Below are positions 45,801 through 57,800 of a DNA stretch of 64,000 nucleotides, piece after piece (position 1 is the stretch's first letter; each line of letters opens with the position of its first letter). The notes beneath the pieces are model-generated. The model made no database searches, was not told the origin of the DNA, and worked only from the letters and a program-made list of their open reading frames with translations. Source of the stretch: Macrostomum lignano (Eukaryota). Made by a program: the position numbers and the translations under genes. The DNA lies in contig NIVC01001066.1 of the NCBI GenBank assembly GCA_002269645.1, positions 248,001-312,000 on the forward strand, in the 5' to 3' direction.

Positions 45801-48800
45801 AACCGGACAGATCCCGATTGAAGTAATTCACCATCAGGGTGGCCGAGCAGCGGCCCTCTCTGGGGCCTTCCAGGCTCCAACGGAACTCCAGGTCTGCAGG
45901 GTGAGATAGGCGAAATCTCTTTTGAACTCAGAACTGAACGGTGATGTTTCAACTAAATATGGATTGATAGATGACCAGTAGCCGGAGGTTTAGTTGTGAG
46001 ACAAGGATTTATAGCTTCGACGCATTGATGTGTGAAAATTTGATTGGCAAGTTTTATATATTGATAGACCTGTGACGCTAATTGACAGTTGAAACTATGA
46101 TTTACAGATGAGATTCTGATTGACAGTGGAGACTCTGCTTGACAGTTGAGACACTGTGATTGACAGGTGAGACTCTGATAGACAGGTTGGACTCTGATTG
46201 ACAGGTGAGATTCTGTTTGACAGTCAGGCGAGACTCTGATTGACAGGTGAGATTGATTTACAGATGAGACTCTGATTGACAGGTGAGATTGTGATTGACA
46301 GGTGAGACTCTGATTGACAGTGGAGACTCTGATTGACAGTTGAGACTGTGATTGACAGGTGAGACTCTGGTTGACAGTCGAGACTGTGATTGACAGGTGA
46401 GACTCTGATTGACAGGTGAGACTGATTGACAGGTGAGACTCTGATTGACAGTGTACACTGATTGACAGTTGAGACTGTGATTGACAGGCGAGACTCTGAT
46501 TGACAGGCGAGACTGATCGACAGGTGAGACTCTGATTGACAGTGTACACTGATTGACAGTTGAGACTGTGATTGACAGGCGAGACTCTGATTGACAGGCG
46601 AGACTGATCGACAGGTGAGGCTCTGATCGACAGGCGAGACTGGTCGACAGATGAGGCTCTGATTGACAGGTAGAACTCTGATTGACAGGCAGGACTCTGA
46701 TTGACAGTCAAGGCCAGAAATCCTTTACCTTTGAGGCAGACCTCGGCAAGCGGCACGTCGCAGTCCTGATAATCGTCAATCAGCACGCAGCTGACTGCTG
46801 AGCCGCAGCCGTTGCCGCCGGAGCATTTCACTTGGATCTCGCTGGCGTAGCGGCCCAGTTCGGCCAGCGGATCGGAGTCTGCGCCGTTCGACCCGGCAGC
46901 GGCGTCGGCCTGCCGATTGGGATTGGTCAGCAGCAAAGCGGCCAGCTGAAGGTCGCCGCCGGCTTCGCCAAGGGCGTAGCGACAGTCGGCCGGGTCGAAG
47001 CCCAGCTGCATCAGATCGTAGACCAGGCACTCCGACCATTGCCGAGAGGCTGAAGGAGGGCTGCGCTGCTGCGGCTGCTGCTGGCCTGGAGTTCAGTGGG
47101 ATTTGGGGAGCGCTTCATAAGTTTGGAACTTCACAAGCTCGAATTTTCACAAGCTCGAATCTTCACAAGCTCGAATCTTCACAAGCTCGAATCTTCACAA
47201 GCTCGAATCTTCACAAGCTCGAATCTTCACAAGCTCGAATCTTCACAAGCTCGAATCTTCACAAGCTCGAATCTTCACAAGCTCGAATCTTCACAAGCTC
47301 GAAACTTCGAAATAGGAAATTTTGAACACACCCGGTGTCTCTAACTTCAAACACATGCTCGTACATGCACACAACATTTAGTCCTTTAACTACCACAGCC
47401 TAAAAAAGGAACTCACCGCCAGGGGGCCGCATGGCCTGACTAGGCAGCGAGCCGAGAATAGAAGCGATCAGTTGAAAGTCCCGATAGGAGAACCGGATCG
47501 ACAGGGTGGTGTACAAGACTTCGATCACCGGCTGTTGCGTCTCCTTGGCGTCTAGCAGGCCCAGACTCAGGCCGCTGCCGCCTCCGCCTCCACCGCCGCC
47601 GCGCCTGGCGTCTGGCCGAGTGACCTCAACAGTGAAGTCGGTAGGATCAATGATTGACAGGGCGGTCTCGTCCTCGCAGGCCAGGCAGCAGGAGAACGCT
47701 TCCAGGCTGTTCAGACTGCAGTTGGCGATGCGGCCCGAGGCGGTCGGGTTGCAGGCAAAAATGGCTGTGCCGCGCAGGATCACGGCGTTGGCGTCGCGAG
47801 AGTCTGTCCGGTCCACGAAGATGATCTCGCAGTCGGACAGGTTCAGCTTCAGCTCGGACGGCTTGTCCAAGTCGGTTGATCGAACCTGATCGAAGCTCAG
47901 GTGTTGGGTCTGTTGGTGAATTTGGGAATAAGAGTTGGTAAATCCAGGATTAGGTAAATCGGGAGTTGGTGAATCCAATCCAGGATTTGGTGAATCGGAA
48001 GTTGGTGAATCCAGGATTTGGTGAATCGAGAATTGGTGAATCAGCATTAGGTGAATCCAGTATTTAGTGAATCGGAAAGTTTTTTAATCGGCATTAGGTG
48101 AATCTAGGATTTAGTGAATCGTGAGGTTGGTGAATCCAGGATTTGGTGAATCGGGAGGTTGGTGTATTTAGAGTTAGGTGAACTGGAAGGTTAGTGAATC
48201 GTTGGGTTAGGTGAACCGGAAGGTTAGTGAATCGTTGGATTAGGTGAACCAAAAGGTTAGTGAATCGTTGGATTAGGTGAACCGGAAGGTTAGTGAATCG
48301 TTGGATTAGGTGAATCAAAAGGTTAGTGAATCGTTGGATTAGGTGAGCCGGAAGTTTAGTGAATCGTTGGATTAGGTGAACCAAAAGGTTAGTAAATTGC
48401 TGGATTAGGCGAACCGGAAGGTTAGTGAATCGTTGGATTAGATGAACCGACACTTACAGCCATTTGGGCGGCGGCCCGTCTCGCGGGCAGGCACGGCGGC
48501 TCCGGGCCGGTGGTGAGAAACCGCTGCGTACAGATGAGCCAGTCGAACACGGCAAATAGTCGCATATTGTTGAGCACAGCGGTGAACTTATTCGAGATGC
48601 TGTTCGATCTATAGTGCAGTTCCAGGTGTAGACAGGTGGACGAATTTGGCGAAGATTCAGTTGCTAAGGCTGCCGCCGCGGCAGTTGGGGTCCGCTTAAT
48701 GATGGTGCTGAACACATTTGGCCTGCCGTTGGCGGGCAGGTCCGCAAACCTGGTGTCGTGAATGGCCACCTCTGTTGACACCAGATCGGTTTCCTGGCAA

Positions 48801-51800
48801 CCGTTGCTAAGGCTCTCAAATGTCAGGCGAGATCTGGCGAGTGAATATCGGATTTGAGATTTGATATTCAAATTTAAGACACGCGTGAAGCTTAGGGATT
48901 GTGAAGCTTGGGGACTGTGAAGCTTAGGGGATTGTGAAGCTTGGGGATTGTGAAGCTTGGGAATTGTGAAGCTTGGGAACTGTGAAGCTTGGGGATTGTG
49001 AAGCTTGGGGATTGTGAAGCTTGGGGATTGTGAAGCTTGGGAATTGTGAAGCTTGGGGATTGTGAAGCTTGGGAACTGTGAAGCTTGGGGATTGTGAAGC
49101 TTGGGGATTGTGAAGCTTAGGGGATTGTGAAGCTTGGGGATTGTGAAGCTTGTGGATTGTGAAGCTTGGGGATTGTGAAGCTTGGGGACTGTGAAGCTTG
49201 GGATTGTGAAGCTTAGGGGATTGTGAAGCTTGGGGATTGTGAAGCTTGGGGATTGTGCAGCTTAGAGGATTGTGAAGCTTGGGGATTGTGAAGCTTGGGG
49301 ATTGTGAAGCTTGGGGATTGTGAAGCTTGGGGATTGTGAAGCTTGGGGATTGTGAAGCTTGGGAATTGTGAAGCTTGGGGATTGTAAAGCTTGGGATTGT
49401 AAAGCTTGGGGATTGTGAAGCTTGTGGATTGTGAAGCTTGGAATTGTGAAGCTTGGGGATTGTGAAGCTTGGGGATTGTGAAGCTTGGGGATTGTGAAGC
49501 TTGGGGACTGTGAAGCTTGGGGATTGTGAAGCTTGGGGATTGTGAAGCTTGTGGATTGTGAAGCTTGGGGATTGTGAAGCTTGGGGATTGTGAAGCTTAG
49601 GGGATTGTGAAGCTTGGGGATTGTGAAGCTTGTGGATTGTGAAGCTTGGGGATTGTGAAGCTTGGGGACTGTGAAGCTTGGGATTGTGAAGCTTAGGGGA
49701 TTGTGAAGCTTGGGGATTGTGAAGCTTGGGGATTGTGCAGCTTAGAGGATTGTGAAGCTTGGGGATTGTGAAGCTTGGGGATTGTGAAGCTTGGGGATTG
49801 TGAAGCTTGGGGATTGTGAAGCTTGGGGATTGTGAAGCTTGGGGATTGTGAAGCTTGGGAATTGTGAAGCTTGGGGATTGTAAAGCTTGGGATTGTAAAG
49901 CTTGGGGATTGTGAAGCTTGTGGATTGTGAAGCTTGGAATTGTGAAGCTTGGGGATTGTGAAGCTTGGGGATTGTGAAGCTTGGGGATTGTGAAGCTTGG
50001 GGATTGTGAAGCTTGGGGATTGTGAAGCTTGGGGATTGTGAAGCTTGGGGATTGTGAAGCTTGGGGATTGTGAAGCTTGGGGATTGTGAAGCTTGGGGAT
50101 TGTGAAGCTTGGGAATTGTGAAGCTTGGGGATTGTAAAGCTTGGGATTGTAAAGCTTGGGGATTGTGAAGCTTGTGGATTGTGAAGCTTGGAATTGTGAA
50201 GCTTGGGGATTGTGAAGCTTGGGGATTGTGAAGCTTGGGGATTGTGAAGCTTGGGGATTGTGAAGCTTGGGGATTGTGAAGCTTGGGGATTGTGAAGCTT
50301 GGGGATTAGCATACCTTAGAAAGTCAATACGACAGAAGCTGGATTCGTGGCCGCCGCCGCAGTCGCCGAGCAGCTCCACGGAGACGTCATTAAGATCAAC
50401 AGCCAGCGAAATAGTTTTATAAACACGCTGCGACAGCACAGTGTGGTTCATCGGATCCTGCTGGGCAGCAACTAGCAGCTTCTTATTGGCCACATCGTCA
50501 AGATTTTCGCCAAGATTGTGGGCTAGGAAGCCGCGCACCAGCTGGTACTGGGCCAAGTTCAAGTCGCAGTGCACCGAGGACAGGCTGCCGCGAGCGTTCC
50601 AGTCTGGGGCAGCGTGGGACACCTCCGTGTCGAGGTTGCGCTCAACCCGCAGAGCCAGGCGGCAGGCGGATCGCAGCGGCTTCGGATCGCCGCCAGACAC
50701 CGCCAGGTCGGTGAATCTGAGAAGTGGCGGCTGCTGAGCACCAGCTGGACTGTCGGGCTCCAGCCGGGTGCCGGTGTACAGGTCGATGTCGCTCAATTCC
50801 AGCTGCCACACATCCAGCAGGCAGCGAGACTGTTCAACATCTTCGGCTTCGTCTGCGGGCTCCGCGTCTGCTACTGGATTCTCCTTGGACTCTGCCGTTT
50901 GCTCCCCGTTGAATACAAACTTATTGGTCACCTGTTAGGGAAAGGTGATGCAGAGCTGATGCAGACACATGCGGTTAACGTGCTGTTGAAATTTGGAGAC
51001 TTGGCAAGGCTGCACTGAGGCGCAGTGCTGATTGGCGCTCAGGGGTGTACTGAATACACTGGCGCTTATGGGAAAAATCCAACGTTCTGGCAGAATCGTT
51101 GAATATCTCGATGGTCCAGGGGGTTGCCAACTTTCTTGAATTTCGCGTGCCTGCATTGCTCCGTTCCGGCGAAGCAAAAAATGTCAGGGGGGCCAGCCTC
51201 CCAGATCCTCAGTTGCTGGGCCAGCCTCCCAGATCCTCAGTTGCTGGGCAACCGCCAGCCTCCCAGATCCTCAGTTGCTGGGCCAGCCTCCCAGATCCTC
51301 AGTTGCTGGGCCAGCCTCCCAGATCCTCAGTTGCTGGGCAACCGCCAGCCTCCCAGATTCTCAGTTGCTGGGCCAGTCTCCCAGATCCTCAGTTGCTGGG
51401 CCAGCCTCCCAGATCCTCAGTTGCTGGGCCAGCCTCCCAGATCCTCAGTTGCTGGGCCAACCTCCCAGATCTTCAGTTGCTGGGCCAGCCTCCCAGATCC
51501 TCAGTTGCTGGGCAACCGCCAGCCTCCCAGATCCTCAGTTGCTGGGCCAGCCTCCCAGATCCTCAGTTGCTGGGCCAGCCTCCCAGATCCTCAGTTGCTG
51601 GGCAACCGCCAGCCTCCCAGATCCTCAGTTGCTGGGCCAGCCTCCCAGATCCTCAGTTGCTGGGCCAGCCTCCCAGATCCTCAGTTGCTGGGCAACCGCC
51701 AGCCTCCCAGATTCTCAGTTGCTGGGCCAGTCTCCCAGATCCTCAGTTGCTGGGCCAGCCTCCCAGATCCTCAGTTGCTGGGCCAGCCTCCCAGATCCTC

Positions 51801-54800
51801 AGTTGCTGGGCCAGCCTCCCAGATCCTCAGTTGCTGGGCAACCGCCAGCCTCCCAGATCCTCAGTTGCTGGGCCAACCTCCCAGATCCTCAGTTGCTGGG
51901 CCAGCCTCCCAGATCCTCAGTTGCTGGGCCAGCCTCCCAGATCCTCAGTTGCTGTGCCAGCCTCCCAGATCCTCAGTTGCTGGACCAGCCTCCCAGATCC
52001 TCAGTTGCTGGGCAACCGCCAGCCTCCCAGATCCTCAGTTGCTGGGCAACCGCCAGCCTCCCAGATCCTCAGTTGCTGGGCAACCGCCAGCCTCCCAGAT
52101 CCTCAGTTGCTGGGCCAACCTCCCAGATCCTCAGTTGCTGGGCCAGCCTCCCAGATCCTCAGTTGCTGGGCCAGCCTCCCAGATCCTCAGTTGCTGTGCC
52201 AGCCTCCCAGATCCTCAGTTGCTGGGCAACCGCCAGCCTCCCAAATCCCTAGTTGCTGGGCAACCGCCACCTTCCCAGATTTTCATCTTGAAGTATAAAG
52301 ACTGATTTAGAGTAAACAAGTTAGTCTTACTCAGAAGCCCTGTTTAAACGCACTAATATTTCAGATTTTTCAGATTAAGAGACACATATGCGTTACACGC
52401 CTACTATAAGTAGCATAGTTAGAACTAGCACCGGCAACAAATGTGAATAAATTACCTGAAAATCGCCCAATCGCATAACAATAAGCCTAGGCGACAGGGC
52501 GCTATGCGGCAGCAATAATATTGGCGAAGCGGCCGATATGTCTAATTGAATACGCGAGGCCCGCTCAGCATTGGGGAATATGTTCCTGCCGGATGCGCCA
52601 GCTCTGGCTCGGCCAATAAAATCCTGTGACTGATTGAACTGATGCACGAATGTCAACAGTTCGGTGATGAATCTCTGCGAGTGCACGTAGCGCACCGAAG
52701 CCATGCGCAGTCGGAGTCGAGCGTCGCAGTCCCTGGTGAGGCCGGGTCCGGCAGGCCGTATTTGAACAGCCGGAGGTCAAGCAGGTTGCCCAGCCGGGGC
52801 GACACGAATTTCTGTCTGTACAGCTGGCCAGTGGGGCTGAGGTCCAGCAGGATGAAGTTGCCCAGCTGTCCGGCCAAATCCAGATTGCCGTCTCGTAGGC
52901 GAAGCCGGCCGTGCAATTCGGACATTGTTGCCCGGCACAGGCTGTGGTTGCGGTCGTTCAGCACCAGGGAGAACTGAGCCACAGATACTGCGATCTGCGG
53001 GTGGAGTGATTCAGGGTTTGTGGGGAGATTCTTCAGGGTTTGTGGGGAGATTCTTCAGGGTTTGTGGGGAGATTCTTCAGGGTTTGTGGGGCGATTCTTC
53101 GGGGTTTGTGGGGCGATTCTTCAGGGTTTGTGGGGAGATTCTTCAGGGTTTGTGGGGAGATTCTTCAGGGTTTGTGGGGAGATTCTTCAGGGTTTGTGGA
53201 GAGATTCTTCAGGGTTTGTGGGGAGATTCTTCAGGGTTTGTTGGAGATTCTTCAGGGTTTGTGGGAAGATTCTTCAGGGTTTGTGGGGAGATTCTTCAGG
53301 GTTTGTGGGGAGATTCTTCAGGGTTTGTGGGGAGATTCTTCAGGGTTTGTGGGGAGATTCTTCAGGGTTTGTGGGGCGTTTTTTCAGGGTTTGTGGGGAG
53401 ATTCTTCAGGGTTTGTGGGGAGATTCTTCAGGGTTTGTGGGGAGATTCTTTAGGGTTTGTGGGGAGATTCTTCATCTTTTGGGGTGATTTGTGGGGCGAG
53501 TCTGAAGGATTGTTTGGGGGCAATTCTTGACGGTTTTTGAGGCCACTTTGAAGGTTCCTGACGGAAATTTTTTAGGGTTTGTGGGCGGCGATTCGTTAGG
53601 ATTTTATAACGCAATACATAAAGGCCTAGACCAGATCCCGCAGACCCTGTCTTATGACCTAAGTAGACTAATAGAGCTTACCTGTTGGTTACAGATCTCC
53701 TCCTCAGCGTACTGGCTCTCCTGCAGTATGGTTGTCACCTTAGTAGTGTCGGACATTCGCATCAGCACGTCGCGTTCGTGAAATTTCGAGCCCAAGTTAA
53801 GAAAGTCCAGCAGCAGCACCCAGGCCTGCAGATTCAGGTTGCACACCAGCCTGTTGAACTCCGCCCGGACAAACCGGCCGGTCTCCGCGTAGCGTGCCGC
53901 AAACTGTGGCGCTTTCCGGTCCACCAGGCGTAGCCGGATTCGAACCAGGCTCTGCTGCCGGGCGGCCGCCTCCTCCTCCCGCCGCTCCGTCCGCCTGTCC
54001 GCCTCGTCCGCTGCCCACATGGCCCGCCAGACTTCGTCATCTACCGCGTCGTCGGCTTCCTTGTTGGGCGCGGCAAAATCTGGCTGATGATCAGTTTGCA
54101 GCGTAGCCGGCGGCAGCGTCGACCTCGCCGACAGCGGCGACGGCGGCGGAGTTGCCGGCTTTGGTTTCGATGCCTGATGGCGCCGATGCTGGCGCCGAGC
54201 GGCGGCGGCCTGAGCGCGGGCGCGCGCCGCCACAACCGACATGGAGGCCGGGGTGGCGGCCGTGCGCGGTGGGAAACTGGCCGACTCGATGTCGACGCCG
54301 CCTCCACCGCCGCCGCCTGGAGTTGCTGTCCGACGCTCGTCGCTGCTCCACCCGGCGCCGGCGGGTCGACAGTTGCCAAAGTCCTCGTCATCGGACGCGG
54401 CGGCCGGCGAGCTCGGACAGGACACGGAGCGGCCGTAGGACGGCGGCGGCCGAGCAGAGTGCTCCGGAGCCAAGGAGCTCAGCAGATGACGAGTTGGGGA
54501 GTCTGGCGACTGCAGCAGGTCCAGCATGGTTAGAGTGCCCAGGCGAAGGCTGACGTCCTTCACCCAGGGGCTGGGCTTGGCCATGTGGACGGCCAGCTCG
54601 CCCGCAGTCAGTCTGGCGATGCCTTTCTCGTCGCCTTCGCTCAAATCGCCGACAATTTCAACGCGCAGCTCCGGCAAAGCGAAGTCGAACACCAGCGGGG
54701 TGTACTCGGATTGAGCTGATGCAGCGGCGTCCGGCAGCTGAGCCTCAGACGCAGCTGTCTCAGTCGCCGAGGAAGTCGTCTCAGAGGTGCTCCACTCGTC

Positions 54801-57800
54801 GTAGACTAAATTATCCAACGACTTCAGCACCTGATCGAACACCGCCTTGGGCAGGCGAACGGACACGGTTTCCATGGTGACGGCTTCAACGCAGAGCAGG
54901 TGATTACCGAGACTGGCCGGCTCGACTCCGTCAGCGGAGCCCAGCGTCTCAGCCAGGAGTTTGCGGCAGCAGTTTCGGCGGCTGAGGCGCAGCGATAGAG
55001 AGGCTTCGCTCAGCAGGAACTCGCACGTGTCCGGCCGCTTCAGGCGAGCCAGCAGGCCGCCACGATGCTCGGCTTCGTCACCCAAATTGGCCCCGGCGAT
55101 GGCCAGGTCCACAGACATGACGCTGATGTCCTTGAAGTCCAGGTAGAGGGTGCCGACACCCGGGAGGCGAATAGCGGCGCCAAGCGACGCTGGTGCTGGC
55201 GCCGATCGCGCAACACACGCTCGAATCCGTCAACGTCGAACAGGGAGGCCTGGCAATGCGGGCAGTTCCGATTGGCTGGATTCGAACAGACAGGCACAAA
55301 GACTACAGGTCACAGACAGGGAGACCGTAGAAAATTATCAGATAAAAAGATCATAGACACAAAGATCATAGACACAAAGACTGACCATCGACACAAAGAC
55401 TGACCATAGACACAAAGACTGACCATAGACACAAAGATTGACCATAGACACAAAGACCATAGATAAAAAGACTATAGACACAAAGACTGACCATAGATAA
55501 AAAGACTATAGACACAAAGACTGATCATAGACACAAAGACCATAGATAAAAAGACTATAGACACAAAGATTGACCATAGATAAAAAGACTATAGACACAA
55601 AGACTGATCATAGACACAAAGACTGATCATAGACACAAAGACCATAGATAAAAAGACTATAGACACAAAGACTGACCATAGACACAAAGACTGACCATAG
55701 ACACAAAGACTGACCATAGACACAAAGACTGACCATAGACACAAAGACTGACCATAGACACAAAGACTGACCATAGACACAAAGACTGACCATAGACACA
55801 AAGACTGACCATAGACACAAAGACTGACCATAGACACAAAGACTGACCATAGACACAAAGACTGACCATAGACACAAAGACTGACCATAGACACAAAGAC
55901 TGACCATAGACACAAAGACTGACCATAGACACAAAGACTGATCATAGACACAAAGACCGACCATAGACACAAAGACTGACCATAGACACAAAGACTGACC
56001 ATAGACACAAAGATTGACCATAGACACAAAGACTGACCATAGACACAAAGACTGACCATAGACACAAAGACTGACCATAGACACAAAGACTGACCATAGA
56101 CACAAAGACTGACCATAGACACAAAGACTGACCATAGACACAAAGACTGACCATAGACACAAAGACTGACCATAGACACAAAGACTGACCATAGACACAA
56201 AGACTGACCATAGACACAAAGATTGACCATAGACACAAAGACTGACCATAGACACAAAGACTGACAAATGCAGACAATTAGACAGCCAGATTCAGCTAGA
56301 CAGACAATTGCAGACACAAGAAAACGCAAATAAAGTTTACCTGATTAGTAAGCGAAATTGTGCCCAGATGGGCAACCAGTGCCTCATTGCTAGTGGGAGT
56401 TTTGGGCCACACAATAACGGGAGTGTCAAGTCGCACAGTCAGTCGAATGCCATCCAAGCCACTGTCGGCGGCCGAGGCTGCCGAGGCGGCGTCGGACGCG
56501 GCAGCGGCTGTTGCCATAGTTACAGAATCGTCCAAGTCAAACGAACGCTGCTGTTGATGAATGACAGACTGAGCCACGGCGGTGGCGGCCGCGCGAACTT
56601 TAAGCGCCAATCGACTTTTGTACTCGGCAAATTTCGAAACGCATTCGCCAACTTCGTACAGCAGCCGGGGCGCGTGCAGATAGCACAGCGAGGCCATCTG
56701 GGCTTCAATTTCTCGGTCGCCCTCGGCGTCGGAGTACACAGATAGAGTGAGGGCCTGGGCGGGGAATTCAGATGCACAAGTGGCGGCATTTAGTGAAGCT
56801 TTACGAGAAAATATAATATCAGAATCAGGTCAGCAGCGATTCTTACGAGAAAGTCGAATAATGTCAGGGGCGGTTTATTGGAGGTCAGTCGGGAATGATT
56901 TATCGGGGACAGTCAGGGCGATTATCGGGGGCAGTCAGGGGAGATTTATCGGGGGGCAGTCAGGGGAGATTTATCGGGGGCAGTCAGGGGAGATTTATCG
57001 GGGGGGGCAGTCAGGGGAGATTTATCGGGGGGCAGTCAGGGGAGATTTATCGGGGGCAGTCAGGGGAGATTTATCGGGGGGGGCAGTCAGGGGAGATTTA
57101 TCGGGGGGCAGTCAGGGGAGATTTATCGGGGGCAGTCAGGGGAGATTTATCGGGGGGCAGTCAGGGGAGATTTATCGGGGGGGGGGCAGTCAGGGGAGAT
57201 TTATCGGGGGACAGTCAGGGGAGATTATCGCGACAAAGTCAGTTCATCAGCCAGTGGCACCTGCTCGCGCTGAGGGCAGCGCTCGTCAGTTGATTCCGAA
57301 GGATCTCCACCGATCCACACGATGGACCTGTGCAGCCGGGACGAATTAGTCAAGTCCAGGACGCTGACGCTGGCCAGAGAGGCCGTGGCAAAGCTGCTGG
57401 AGTCCACGTGATTCGCTGTCACCTGCGAGTTTGCGGTTCGGTTTGGGGCGGCATTGTCTGTGATAACCCTGACAGGTCCAATGCGATCCAGTCTTGAAAT
57501 TTACTGCATATTGAATGGATTCCAATGTTCTTTACCACTGATAGGCTGTTGATTATTCTGACGAACTGCAGCTTTCCCCACACACCTAGTCACCAGACAC
57601 CTCTGCACATGAGACACCTCTATCCACTAGACACTCCTAGACAGCAGACACCCCAACTCACTAGATCTCATGCCCCTATCCGCCAGATACCCCTAGACAG
57701 CAGACACCCTAGACAGCAGACACCCCTAGACAGCAGACACCGCTAGACATCAGACACCCCTAGACAGCAGACACTCCTAGACAGCAGACACCACTAGACA

